Origin: Trueperaceae bacterium
Lineage (GTDB): Bacteria > Deinococcota > Deinococci > Deinococcales > Trueperaceae
Length of the DNA stretch: 64,000 nucleotides
Reading direction: 5' to 3'
Assembly: GCA_034520945.1 (NCBI GenBank)
Contig: JAXHNB010000005.1
Coordinates: 128,001-192,000, forward strand
The notes under the pieces were generated by a model. It did no database searches. It was not told the origin of the DNA and worked only from the letters and a program-made list of their open reading frames with translations. Made by a program: the position numbers and the translations under genes. Positions 9,139 to 21,415 of the stretch are shown piece by piece; position 1 is the stretch's first letter, and every line of letters begins with the position of its first letter.

Positions 9139-10377
9139 TCAGTCGGCCGCCCGCATCGCCTCGCTGGGGATCAGGGATCGTACGCGGCGGGCGGGGGTGA
9201 GGGCGGCGAACACCGCGGCCAGGGCCACGGTGACGCCCGCGAAGGCGAGGTACTGAAACCGCAGGTCGGTGCGGAGGTCGTCGCTGAGGGCCAGCCCTTG
9301 CAGTATGTCGCCGTAGAGGGAGCCGAACACCGGGCCGAGGACGTTGACCTGCGCCATCCAGAACAGCAGGGCGTAGCCGATCACGACGCCGGCGGCGTAG
9401 CCCAGCAGGCTGGCGAGGATCGCCTCGAACGTCACCATCCAGGCCAGCCGACCCTGGTCCAGCCCCAGCGCGATCATCACGCCGAACTCGCGCGTTCGCT
9501 CCATGACGGAGACGACCACGCTGGAGGTGACGGCGATGGCGGCGAACACGGAGAAGATCAGCCCGATGATCGCGATGCTGACGCGCTCGGTCTCCAGCCC
9601 TTCCGCCAGCGAGCCCATCAGCGAGTACAGGTCGTAGGCCCGCACCTCCTGCGGCAGGGTCTCGTTCAACGCGTCGGCCACGGCGGTTTCCCGGCCAAGG
9701 GGTACCGACAGGGCGACGCCGGTGGCGGTCTCGACGCCGGACAGCGTGCGGGCGTCCTCGATGTGGACCAGGGCGGTGGTCTCGTCGACGATGGAGATGT
9801 CGGTGTCGATGATCCCGACCACCCGCAGGCCCAGGGCGGTGGGGCCGGCGGTGCTGGCGGCGTCCACGGCGATGCGTTCGCCCAGGCGCACGTCCAATCT
9901 GTCCGCGAGGTCGACGCCGAGCACCGCCTGGCCGGGCCCGTCGATCATGCGGCCCTCGGCGATGGCGGCCGGCAGGTCGCTGACCTCCCCTTCGCGTTCG
10001 GGCACGACCCCGCGGAGCTGGACGCCGGTGCTGGCGTAGGGGCTGCGCACCAGGGCCGAGAGCTCCAGGCGCGGCGCCGCCGCCCGAATGCGGGCGTCGC
10101 CGGCGGTGGCGGCCAGGACCGGCTCCACGGCGGGCAGGGCGTGCACGGGATCCGGGTCGGCGTGGTAGGCGGGCGTGGAGATCAGCACGGGCGCGGACAA
10201 GAGCCGCGCCTGACCCCGGAAGATCGAGGTGAGGAACCCGTCGGTGAAGCCCCAGAAGAACACGATCGAGGCGGTGGCGTACGCCACCACGGCGATCAGC
10301 AGCGCGGTACGGCGCCGCTGCCGGCCGAGCGAGCGCCAGGCCAGCCGCACCAGCGACGCGAAGCCGCGGACGTTCAT
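9139..10377 (-). CDS. ABC permease, FtsX/LolC-E family
   Basis: LAWRSLGRQRRRT, SVMERTREFGVMIALG, PSEAMR. Confidence 0.9.
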   Translation of the reverse strand: MNVRGFASLVRLAWRSLGRQRRRTALLIAVVAYATASIVFFWGFTDGFLTSIFRGQARLLSAPVLISTPAYHADPDPVHALPAVEPVLAATAGDARIRAAAPRLELSALVRSPYASTGVQLRGVVPEREGEVSDLPAAIAEGRMIDGPGQAVLGVDLADRLDVRLGERIAVDAASTAGPTALGLRVVGIIDTDISIVDETTALVHIEDARTLSGVETATGVALSVPLGRETAVADALNETLPQEVRAYDLYSLMGSLAEGLETERVSIAIIGLIFSVFAAIAVTSSVVVSVMERTREFGVMIALGLDQGRLAWMVTFEAILASLLGYAAGVVIGYALLFWMAQVNVLGPVFGSLYGDILQGLALSDDLRTDLRFQYLAFAGVTVALAAVFAALTPARRVRSLIPSEAMRAAD

Positions 10378-10614
10378 GAGCGGCCGCCGTCGCGGTCTTC
10401 GCCAGCGCCTTCTTGCGCGGTCTTCCAGCGGTCCAGCACGGTCGCCAGCTCCCGTTCCCAGAAGCTCAGGTACGCTACGGCCTCTTCGATGCCGCTACGG
10501 GCCGCTGGGGGTTCGTCGCGCATCAGCGCCGCGCCCTGTTCGGCCACTTCGCGGAGGGACCGCATGGAGGCCGCCCCGCGCACCGCCTGGGAGGTCTCGG
10601 CGACGTGGGGCCCA
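10374..10614 (-). pseudogene. C-terminal remnant of a GbsR/MarR-family regulator
   Basis: LREVAEQGAALMRDEPPAARSGIEEAVAYLSFWERELATVLDRW resembles the GbsR-type C-terminal helices; no room for an HTH before the cutA stop. Confidence 0.55.
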
Positions 10615-10935
10615 TCAGGGGGCGCAGGCGTCGCGCACCCAGTCGAGGTAGGGCGCGGCGCCGGCCACGATCGGCCAGGCCACCACGCACGGTTCCTCGT
10701 AGGGGTGCACCTCGCACGCGGCTTCGATCGCCTCGTCGACCCGGTCGGCGCGGGTCTTGAGGAGCATGGCGACCTCGCCCTCGTCGTGCGTGCGTCCGCG
10801 CCAGCGGTACAACGAGCGCATCGGCGGCAGCACGTTGGCGCACGCGATCAGGCCCCGCTCCAGCAGCGCCTCGGCGATCATGGCGGCCTGTTCCTCGTCG
10901 GCGGCGGTCAGGTACAGGGTGCGTACGTCGGTCAT
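10615..10935 (-). CDS. cutA: Divalent-cation tolerance protein CutA
   Basis: LIACANV, SLYRWRG, LLKT, HPYEEP, YLDWV; leaderless TATCCT-N7-ATG. Confidence 0.93.
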   Translation of the reverse strand: MTDVRTLYLTAADEEQAAMIAEALLERGLIACANVLPPMRSLYRWRGRTHDEGEVAMLLKTRADRVDEAIEAACEVHPYEEPCVVAWPIVAGAAPYLDWVRDACAP

Positions 10936-11055
10936 GCCCCTCAGGATACGCGCCCGTGCGCAGCGGGGCCGCCGCCGATGGCGCTCCGGACGCGCCTGGC
11001 GCGCACGTTCGCCCGCGGCCGAGGGCAGGCGGCGTGGAGCGGTACACTGCCGGGG

Positions 11056-13716
11056 ATGAGTACCTTCGAACCCGAGCGCCTCCAGCGCTTCTTCCAGGAG
11101 CACCCCGAACGGCCGTGGCACGTGCAGGACGTTCAAAAGGAGTTGGAGGTCGATGATCGGGCCGAGCTGAAACGCGCGCTGGACGCGTTGGTGGACGCCG
11201 GCGCGCTGGTCCGTACCCGACGCCGCACCTATGGACTTCCCGAAGAGATGAACCTGATCCCCGGCCGCCTGCAGGTCGCCGCGGGCGGGTACGGCTTCGT
11301 GATCCGCGACTCCGGGGAGGGCAAGGACCTGTTCGTCCCGGCCGACAAGCTAGGGGGCGCGTGGGACGGCGACAAGGTTTTGGCCCGCCCCAACCAGCTC
11401 AAGGAGGACGACGACAGGCCGGCCGGCGAGGTGGTTCGCATCGTCGAGCGCCGGAACGCCGTCGTCGTCGGCACGCTGGAGTACGCGCAGGGGTACGCCA
11501 TCCTGCGGCCCGACAGCCCACGCCTGCGCGAGCGCATCCTGCTCACCCCCGATTCGGTCGGCAAGCTGGACGGCGGCCTGCGCCTGATGGTGCGCATGAT
11601 CTGGCCGGAGGAGAGCGGCGAGCGCGAACCGTTCGGGCAGGTCGAGGAGGTCCTGGGCGAGCAGGACGACCCCGAGGTCGAGACCCGCGCCGTGATCGTG
11701 AAGCACGACCTCAAGGAGACGTACGATCCCGACACGCTGGCCGAGGCGGCGGCGGTGCCGGATCACGTCACGGCCGAGATGATGGAGGGCCGCACGGACT
11801 ACCGCGACGTGCCCACCTTCACCATCGACGGCGCCGACGCCAAGGACTTCGACGACGCCATCAGCCTGGAGCGGCTCAAGGGGAAGGACGGCGGCACGCG
11901 TGGGAACCTGAGGATCGGGGTTCACATCGCGGACGTCAGCTACTACGTGGCCGAGGGCACCAGCCTGGACCGCGAGGCGCGCGAGCGGGCCACCACCTGC
12001 TACCTGCCCGGCCGGGTGCTCCCGATGCTGCCGGAGGAGCTGAGCAACGGCATCTGTAGCTTGATCGAAGGCACCCCGCGCCTGGCGCTCTCGGCGTTCG
12101 CCGACGTCACGCGCGAGGGCGAGGTGACGTCGGTCGAGTTCAAGGAGACGGTGATCGCCTCCGACGCCCGCTTCACCTACGAGGACGTGCAGGGCTACGC
12201 CGACGGGGGCCGCTTGCCGCACGGCAAGCGCAAGCTGGAGCGCGACGTGAAGGTGCTGCTGAACCTCGCCCAGAAGCTGCGCGAGCAGCGGCTCGGGGCG
12301 GGCGCGCTGGACTTCGACTTCACCGAGGCGAAGGTGGACGTCGACGACTCCGGCGCGCTTCACCTGCAACCGATCCGCAGCAACGCCGCCCGGCAGCTGA
12401 TCGAGGAGATGATGCTGCTGGCCAACCGGCTGGTGGCCTCGGAGCTGGAGAAGCGCGACATCCCGGCGCTGTACCGGGTGCACGAGGACCCCTCCGAGCA
12501 GAAGATCGAGGCCTTGCAGAAGTCGTTGGCGCGGCTGGGGTACACCTTGGATCTGAACCAGGCGACGCCCAAGGACCTGCAGGCGATCCTGCGGGAGGCG
12601 GCGGGCAAGCCCGAGGCGCAGCTGGTGAACACGCTGCTGCTTCGCAGCCTCAAGCAGGCACGCTACAGCAGCGAAAACCTCGGTCACTTCGGCCTGGCGT
12701 TCGAGAACTACCTCCACTTCACCAGCCCCATCCGCCGCTATCCGGACCTGGTGGTGCACCGCGTGATGCGGGCCATGCTGCAGCACCGGCTCAGCCCCAC
12801 GCTGAAGGAGCGGCTCAAGAGCGACTTCCCCGAGCTGGCCAAACACGCCAGCGAACGCGAACGCGTCGCCGAGCAGGCCGAACGCGACCTGGCGCGGTAC
12901 TACCACGCGCGCTGGGCCAAGGAACACCTGGGCGAGGTGTTCACGGGCACCGTCAGCGGCGTGACCAACTTCGGCGTGTTCGTCACGCTCCCCAACGGCA
13001 TCGAGGGCCTGATGCACGTGTCGCACCTGGAGGACGACTACTACGTGTTCCTCGAGGAGTCGTTGATGCTGATGGGCAAGTCGACGCGAACCCGCTATCG
13101 GATGGGCGACCGGCTGGAGGTGCGGTTGTACCAGGCGAATCCCACCGCACGACAGATCGATCTGATCCCCGGAAACGCCGACATGCCCGAGGTGGTGCCC
13201 GAGGAGACCCCGAAGCGCAGCAAGCCGCCCAAGAAGCTCAAGACGCCCCTTGGCGGCGCCAAGGACGCCCCGCCGTTGTCCGTGGATGCGGGCAAGGCGC
13301 GAGCCGGGGGCAAGAAGAAGGCGGCGGCCAAGGGTGGCCGGGCGGAGGCCGGCGAGGCCGCGGCGGAGGCCGGTCCGGCCAAGGCGGCCGCCAAGTCCGG
13401 CTCGAAGTCCGGCGCCAAGGGGAAGGCCGCGGCCAAGGCGAAGCCCGAGGCGAAGGAGGCCGCGGACGCCAAGCCCAAGGCCGAGGCGAAGCCGAAGCGC
13501 GGCGCCAAGAAGGACGAGGCCGAGGCGAAGCCCGCGTCCGAAGCCAAGCCCAAGCGCGGACGCAAAGCCAAGGCCGACCCGAAGGCCACGGCCGAGGCCG
13601 CGCCCGCCAAGGCCCCGCCGGCCGCGGACGCCACGCAGAACGACGCCGCCCCTGACGAGAAGGGACATCGTCGCCGGCGCCGGTTGGTGTTCGGAGACAA
13701 GGGCCCCAGGAGGTAG
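11056..13716 (+). CDS. rnr: Ribonuclease R
   Basis: TIDGADAKDFDDAIS, HIADVS, HFTSPIRRYPDL, S1 domain, basic C-terminal tail; leaderless TACACT-N7-ATG. Confidence 0.95.
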   Translation: MSTFEPERLQRFFQEHPERPWHVQDVQKELEVDDRAELKRALDALVDAGALVRTRRRTYGLPEEMNLIPGRLQVAAGGYGFVIRDSGEGKDLFVPADKLGGAWDGDKVLARPNQLKEDDDRPAGEVVRIVERRNAVVVGTLEYAQGYAILRPDSPRLRERILLTPDSVGKLDGGLRLMVRMIWPEESGEREPFGQVEEVLGEQDDPEVETRAVIVKHDLKETYDPDTLAEAAAVPDHVTAEMMEGRTDYRDVPTFTIDGADAKDFDDAISLERLKGKDGGTRGNLRIGVHIADVSYYVAEGTSLDREARERATTCYLPGRVLPMLPEELSNGICSLIEGTPRLALSAFADVTREGEVTSVEFKETVIASDARFTYEDVQGYADGGRLPHGKRKLERDVKVLLNLAQKLREQRLGAGALDFDFTEAKVDVDDSGALHLQPIRSNAARQLIEEMMLLANRLVASELEKRDIPALYRVHEDPSEQKIEALQKSLARLGYTLDLNQATPKDLQAILREAAGKPEAQLVNTLLLRSLKQARYSSENLGHFGLAFENYLHFTSPIRRYPDLVVHRVMRAMLQHRLSPTLKERLKSDFPELAKHASERERVAEQAERDLARYYHARWAKEHLGEVFTGTVSGVTNFGVFVTLPNGIEGLMHVSHLEDDYYVFLEESLMLMGKSTRTRYRMGDRLEVRLYQANPTARQIDLIPGNADMPEVVPEETPKRSKPPKKLKTPLGGAKDAPPLSVDAGKARAGGKKKAAAKGGRAEAGEAAAEAGPAKAAAKSGSKSGAKGKAAAKAKPEAKEAADAKPKAEAKPKRGAKKDEAEAKPASEAKPKRGRKAKADPKATAEAAPAKAPPAADATQNDAAPDEKGHRRRRRLVFGDKGPRR

Positions 13717-13719
13717 CCG

Positions 13720-15123
13720 ATGACCGAGCCCGTGTCCGACGTTCTTCCAGAGGTACGCGTGTCGCTCACGAGGGTGTGCCTGCGCAAAGGCGAGGTCGCC
13801 ATCCCGTTCCGCGCCCGCAGCGCGTTCGAAGAGGTGCGGACCTTCCGTGCCTACGACGTAGAGGAGGACGAGGAGCACGAGCTCGAGGTTCAGTCGAACG
13901 GCCGGCTGGCCGGCCTGAAGCCGTTCATGGAACAGCGCGGGCTGGCGGTGAACGACGTGGTGGTCGTGCGGCCACAGCGGGACGGCTCGTTCGTGCTGAC
14001 GGCCGCCGCGCGCCCGCGGTCGTCCCGGCGTGACGCCCGCGCCGTCCGGCGCGCGGTCGCCTCGCTGCTGGAGGGGGGGCCACCGCGAAGCCTGGAGGAG
14101 CTGCGCGAGGACTTCGCCCTGGCCGACGATGCGCCCCTGCGGGCGGCGCTCGAGCGGGAACCGACGCTGCAGCGGCGCGCCGGCCGCTGGGGCCTGGCCG
14201 ACCCCCCCGGGCACGCGGAGGGCGGCGCCCGCCGCGAGCGGGTCACCGCGACCTCGCGTCCCGGCCCTGATCCCCGCCGCGCGTCGCTGAACAGCGTGCG
14301 TGACGGCGAGGTGTCGTCCCCCGAGGTGCTGGCGCGGGCCCGCGAAGCGTTCGACGCCCTCGGGTACGAGGTGTCCGCCGCCGGCGAGGGCACCTTGGCG
14401 CTGGGCGCGCCGATGGGCCGCAGCCGGCAGTTGGCGCTGGTGCGGGTGCTTCGCGAGGGGGAACGCCCCGACTGGGGGGACCTGATCCGCGCCGGCCGCG
14501 AGCGCGGCGCCGATGCGCTGGCGGTGCTCGGGGACGTGCGTGATCTCCATCCGCTGGAGCGGCCGGCCCGGGGGGCGCAGGCGACGCTGTGGTCGTGGGA
14601 GGGGCTCGAGCGGGCCTACGCCCTGAGCCAGACCGTCCCGATCGGCCCCGTGGACCTGGCGCCCTCCTTCGAGGAGGACGGCCTGCACGGCCAGGGACTG
14701 GAGCGCTTCGAGGCCCGCATCGAGGACCGCGTACGCGCGCGCGGCCTGTTCTCGTCGGTGGTGGCGCGCCTGGCGGAACTGCGGGCGCCGACCTCGTTCA
14801 CGCTCGGCGACCTGGAGGATGCCCCCTCCGCCTCCCGCGACGAGTTGCTCGCGGTGGTGGACCGGCTGACCGCCCCGCCGTTCCAGTGGGTCGAGCGGGT
14901 GGGCCCCGGTGAGTTCGCGTTGCGTCAGAGCGTCACGGACGGGCTGGCGCACCTGTCGCGGTACGCCGCCAGCCTCGCGCGGGATCTGCCCGACGCCACC
15001 CGCCCGCGCGTGCGGGGTCTGGACGCCACGCAGGACGACGCGGAGGCAGTGGATCTGCTGGGGCGCGACGACCTCGTCGCGGCGGGCGCAGCCGACGACG
15101 AACGGCCCGACGAGCACGGCTGA
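13720..15123 (+). CDS. Hypothetical multidomain protein, possibly nucleic-acid binding
   Basis: 467-aa ORF with SD AGGAGG directly after rnr, typical codon bias. Confidence 0.75.
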   Translation: MTEPVSDVLPEVRVSLTRVCLRKGEVAIPFRARSAFEEVRTFRAYDVEEDEEHELEVQSNGRLAGLKPFMEQRGLAVNDVVVVRPQRDGSFVLTAAARPRSSRRDARAVRRAVASLLEGGPPRSLEELREDFALADDAPLRAALEREPTLQRRAGRWGLADPPGHAEGGARRERVTATSRPGPDPRRASLNSVRDGEVSSPEVLARAREAFDALGYEVSAAGEGTLALGAPMGRSRQLALVRVLREGERPDWGDLIRAGRERGADALAVLGDVRDLHPLERPARGAQATLWSWEGLERAYALSQTVPIGPVDLAPSFEEDGLHGQGLERFEARIEDRVRARGLFSSVVARLAELRAPTSFTLGDLEDAPSASRDELLAVVDRLTAPPFQWVERVGPGEFALRQSVTDGLAHLSRYAASLARDLPDATRPRVRGLDATQDDAEAVDLLGRDDLVAAGAADDERPDEHG

Positions 15124-15147
15124 CGCCGGGCAGGTCGCGCGGCGGCC

Positions 15148-18217
<3,070 letters not shown>

Positions 18218-18225
<8 letters not shown>

Positions 18226-18244
18226 CGCGGAACCCCCAAATCAT
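18218..18244 (-). CDS. Candidate leaderless micro-[11 protein letters not shown] overlapping the carB start
   Basis: TG-C-TATGCT (18253-18258), N8, ATG; TAG stop lies 2 nt after carB GTG (GTGCCTAG). Confidence 0.3.
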
Positions 18245-18327
18245 AGCGGCCGAGCATAGCACGGCCATGGCGCACGGCTGCAGCCGGGGACGCGGCGTCA
18301 AGGCGGCGCGAACGGCCGCGCCCGGCG

Positions 18328-18618
18328 TCAGGCTCTGGTGGGGCCTCGGCCGGGGTCCGCGGTCGCCTCGTCCCACGCCGGGTGGTCCGCGGCCGCGTCG
18401 TCCGCGGACTCGATCACGAAGGTCTGATCATGGATCGCGATCTCGTCGCCGGGCCGCAGCTTGCGCTTCTTGCGGGTCTCCACCTCGCCGTTGACCCGCA
18501 CCTCGCCCGCGCGGATCATGCGGCCGGCCCGCCCGCCCGTCTCCGCGAATCCGGCCAACTTGACGGCCGCCACGAGCGGGAGGGTGTCGTCTCCGTCGGC
18601 GTCCGGCTGCTCGGTCAT
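18328..18618 (-). CDS. S4-domain RNA-binding protein (YaaA/YbcJ-like)
   Basis: KLAGFAETGGRAGRMIRAGEVRVNGEVETRKKRKLRPGD. Confidence 0.9.
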   Translation of the reverse strand: MTEQPDADGDDTLPLVAAVKLAGFAETGGRAGRMIRAGEVRVNGEVETRKKRKLRPGDEIAIHDQTFVIESADDAAADHPAWDEATADPGRGPTRA

Positions 18619-19454
18619 TCGACGTCCTCCATGGAGGCGGCCGGGTAGGAGCCCAGGTACTTCACGAAGGCCGCCTTGCGCATCAGGCCCGTCATGGCGG
18701 AGGCGACGGGCGGATCCTCGACGTGCCCCTCGATGTCGACGTAGAACAGGTAGCTCCACGGCTTGTCGCGGCGGGGCCGGGACTCCAGCTTGGTCATGTT
18801 GATGCCGTGCTTGGGGAACTCCTCCAGGCAGGCCACCAGGTCGCCGGGTCGGTGCTTGGTGGCCAGCACCATGCTGGTCTTGTGGAGGCCGTCGCCGGTC
18901 GGGGCCTCCTCCGAGGCCAGCACGAAGAACCGCGTGTAGTTGTGCGGGTAGTCCTCGATGTGCTCGGCCAGCACGTTCAGGCCGTACGAGTCGGCCGCGC
19001 GCTTGCTGGCGATGGCCGCCCTGCCCTCGCCCCCGTTCTCGCTGAGGAGCTTGGCCGCGCCGGCGGTGTCGAAGTCGGTGATGGCCTCGAGCCGGTGCGT
19101 CCGCAGGAAGCCGGCGCACTGCGCCAGGGCTTGCGGGTGGCTGTAGACGCGCCGGATCTCGTCCAGGTGCACGCCGGGTTGCGCCAGCAGGTTGTGGTGC
19201 ACGCGGACGATGCGTTCGCCGACGACGTGCAGCACCGAATCGGTCAACAAATCGTAGGTCTGGTTGATCGACCCGGCCACGCTGTTCTCCACCGGCAGGC
19301 AGGCGTGGGTGCATTCGCCCTTCACGGTCGCCTCGAATGCCTCCTCGAAGGTGGCGAACCCGACCAGTTCGGCGTCGGGCGCGAACGCCCGGGCCGCCTG
19401 TTCGCTGAACGCGCCGGCGACCCCCTGGTACGCGATGACGGAGCGCGTGCTCAT
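18615..19454 (-). CDS. pheA: Prephenate dehydratase
   Basis: AYQGVAGAFSE, PVENS, SHPQALAQC, NYTRF, ACT domain KLESRP. Confidence 0.95.
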   Translation of the reverse strand: MSTRSVIAYQGVAGAFSEQAARAFAPDAELVGFATFEEAFEATVKGECTHACLPVENSVAGSINQTYDLLTDSVLHVVGERIVRVHHNLLAQPGVHLDEIRRVYSHPQALAQCAGFLRTHRLEAITDFDTAGAAKLLSENGGEGRAAIASKRAADSYGLNVLAEHIEDYPHNYTRFFVLASEEAPTGDGLHKTSMVLATKHRPGDLVACLEEFPKHGINMTKLESRPRRDKPWSYLFYVDIEGHVEDPPVASAMTGLMRKAAFVKYLGSYPAASMEDVE

Positions 19455-19516
19455 GACCCGAGAGGCTAGCACGCGCGAAGGCGGTCCGGCGCGTGTCGCG
19501 CACGCCATGGCGGGCG

Positions 19517-21274
19517 TCACTCCGCGTCCGGTTCCAGCCCCTCGATCTCGGCGCGGAGGTCGGCCAGGGCGCGCGCCTGGGCCTCCATCGCCTCGGCGAG
19601 CTCGGTGAGGCGCTCGGTCTCGCTGCGCACGAACCGCGTGTACGGCGCGATGGCCCCGGCCAGGTCGGAGCCGGCCCGCTCGAGTTCGTGCGCCAGCTGG
19701 CGGTCGAGGGAGGCCTCGAGGCCGTCCCGGAGCGCCTGGAGCTGCTCGTGCAGTTCCCGCTTCGCCCGCGCGCGGCGACGCGGAAGGATCAACGCCCCCG
19801 TGCCGATCACCGCCAACGACAGGGTGATGCCGGTGACGTCCACCGCCGCGCTGGACACGAACGCCAACACGGCCGCCCCCAGCCCCACCCCGGAGACCTG
19901 CATCAGGCCCGAGCGGACCACCGACTGCTGAAGCGAGTCGGCGAGGCGCGTCGCCTCCCGCTCCTCGTCGAAGTCCTCCAGCACCGCTTCCGCCTGGTCG
20001 CGCAAGCCCAGCAGCACCTCGCGCCGGTCCATGCGGAAGCGACCGCCGACCTCGCCCACCACGCGGTCGTCCCCCGCCTTGCGCCGCTCGGCCACGTAGC
20101 CGACCACGTCCTCCCACAACTGCAGGTTGCGCTGGACGAACCAATCGACCATCTCGCCCATCGCCTCGTCGATCTCGCGGTCGGCGTCCCGGACCACCTC
20201 GTCCACGAACGCCTGCTTGATGCGCTCGGGCCGCATCAGGTTCAGCACGTTGCCGACGCGCACCGTCCGGTCGAGGAACGCCTCGCCGCGACGCTCCACC
20301 TCCAGCAACGCCGTCTTGATGCGCGCCAGGTAGGTCTCGGCCTCGCGCTTCATCTCGCGCTCGAATTGCGCCCGTTGGCGGTCGACCGCCTCGAGCGTGG
20401 CGCGGTCGTCCGACAACAACGCCAGGCGCCCCTCCAGGGTGTGGCGGGCGTCCCGCGCCAGGCGTTCGCCCACGCCGAGCGGCGTGGCCAGCTTGAGGCG
20501 CAGGCGGTCCAGGTCCCCCAGCTCCGTCTGCACGTAGCGGCGCAGCGCCGGCAGGCCGCTGCTTGCCGGCGCCTCCTCGTCGCCTGCGTCCACCGCGCGC
20601 CGGGCGCGCCGGGCGGACACGCCGAACACGGGCGGCGCCTCGGCGTCCAGCACCTCGCGGGCGTGACGGGCGACGAAGTCCAGCACCTCGGTCCGGGCCG
20701 CCTCGGGATCACTGGCGGCTTCGTCCAGCAGGTCGATCTTGTTGACGATCAGCACGATCTTCTTGCGCCACGCCGCGATCCGCGCCAAAAACTCGCGCTC
20801 GCTGCGCGTGAAGGGACGGTCGGCCGAGGTGACGAACAACACCAGGTCGGCGCGCGGCACGAACCGCTCGGTGAGGACCTCGTGCTTCTCGATCACGGCG
20901 TTGGTGCCGGGCGTGTCGACCAGCGCCAGGTGCTCGAGCCCGTCGACCGGCACGCTCCGGTAGGTGATGCCCTCCTCCACCCCGTGCGTGGCCTCGCCGT
21001 AGGTGACCACGGTGATGCGGTCGGTGGTGGGCGTGACCCCTTCGGGCATGACGTCGCGGTTCAGCAGGGCGTTCAGCAGGCTGGACTTGCCGGCGTTGTA
21101 CTCGCCGCACACCACCAGCATGAACAGCCCGTCCAGATCGGACAGGGCGGTACGCAACGCTTCGCGCGCGTCGGGCTGGACCTCCGCCTGCGCGAGGAGT
21201 TCGCGCAGATCGCCGAGCAATGCGCGCTCCCGTTCCACGAGGGCGCGCGCAGAGGCGCCGGCGAGGGCGTTCAT
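19517..21274 (-). CDS. Bacterial dynamin-like GTPase
   Basis: G1 GEYNAGKS, G2 VTPTT, G3 DTPG, G4 NKID, helical stalk with hydrophobic paddle. Confidence 0.88.
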   Translation of the reverse strand: MNALAGASARALVERERALLGDLRELLAQAEVQPDAREALRTALSDLDGLFMLVVCGEYNAGKSSLLNALLNRDVMPEGVTPTTDRITVVTYGEATHGVEEGITYRSVPVDGLEHLALVDTPGTNAVIEKHEVLTERFVPRADLVLFVTSADRPFTRSEREFLARIAAWRKKIVLIVNKIDLLDEAASDPEAARTEVLDFVARHAREVLDAEAPPVFGVSARRARRAVDAGDEEAPASSGLPALRRYVQTELGDLDRLRLKLATPLGVGERLARDARHTLEGRLALLSDDRATLEAVDRQRAQFEREMKREAETYLARIKTALLEVERRGEAFLDRTVRVGNVLNLMRPERIKQAFVDEVVRDADREIDEAMGEMVDWFVQRNLQLWEDVVGYVAERRKAGDDRVVGEVGGRFRMDRREVLLGLRDQAEAVLEDFDEEREATRLADSLQQSVVRSGLMQVSGVGLGAAVLAFVSSAAVDVTGITLSLAVIGTGALILPRRRARAKRELHEQLQALRDGLEASLDRQLAHELERAGSDLAGAIAPYTRFVRSETERLTELAEAMEAQARALADLRAEIEGLEPDAE

Positions 21275-21415
21275 GCGGCGGAGGATAGCACGTCCTCACG
21301 GGCGGGCGGACGCCGCCTAGCCCGTGCGTGCCCACCGCGTCGCGTGCCGCGCCGGGCGACCGGTACACTGCGGCTCGTCCGCTTCCCGTGTTCCCCCTCG
21401 GCCCCTGGAGGTCCC

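Noticed and set aside
9016..11055. Apparent 680-aa N-terminal extension of RNase R (and similar extensions on DsbA, pheA, lpdA, nrdJ)
   Set aside because: The extensions mostly overlap opposite-strand genes or promoters; true starts are marked by -10 or SD signals further downstream.
11350..15117. Very long antisense or alternative-frame ORFs (e.g. 11350-15117, 53758-57216, 60112-62997, 36902-38803)
   Set aside because: These are shadows of real genes, expected with high GC3 bias; they show no protein motifs.
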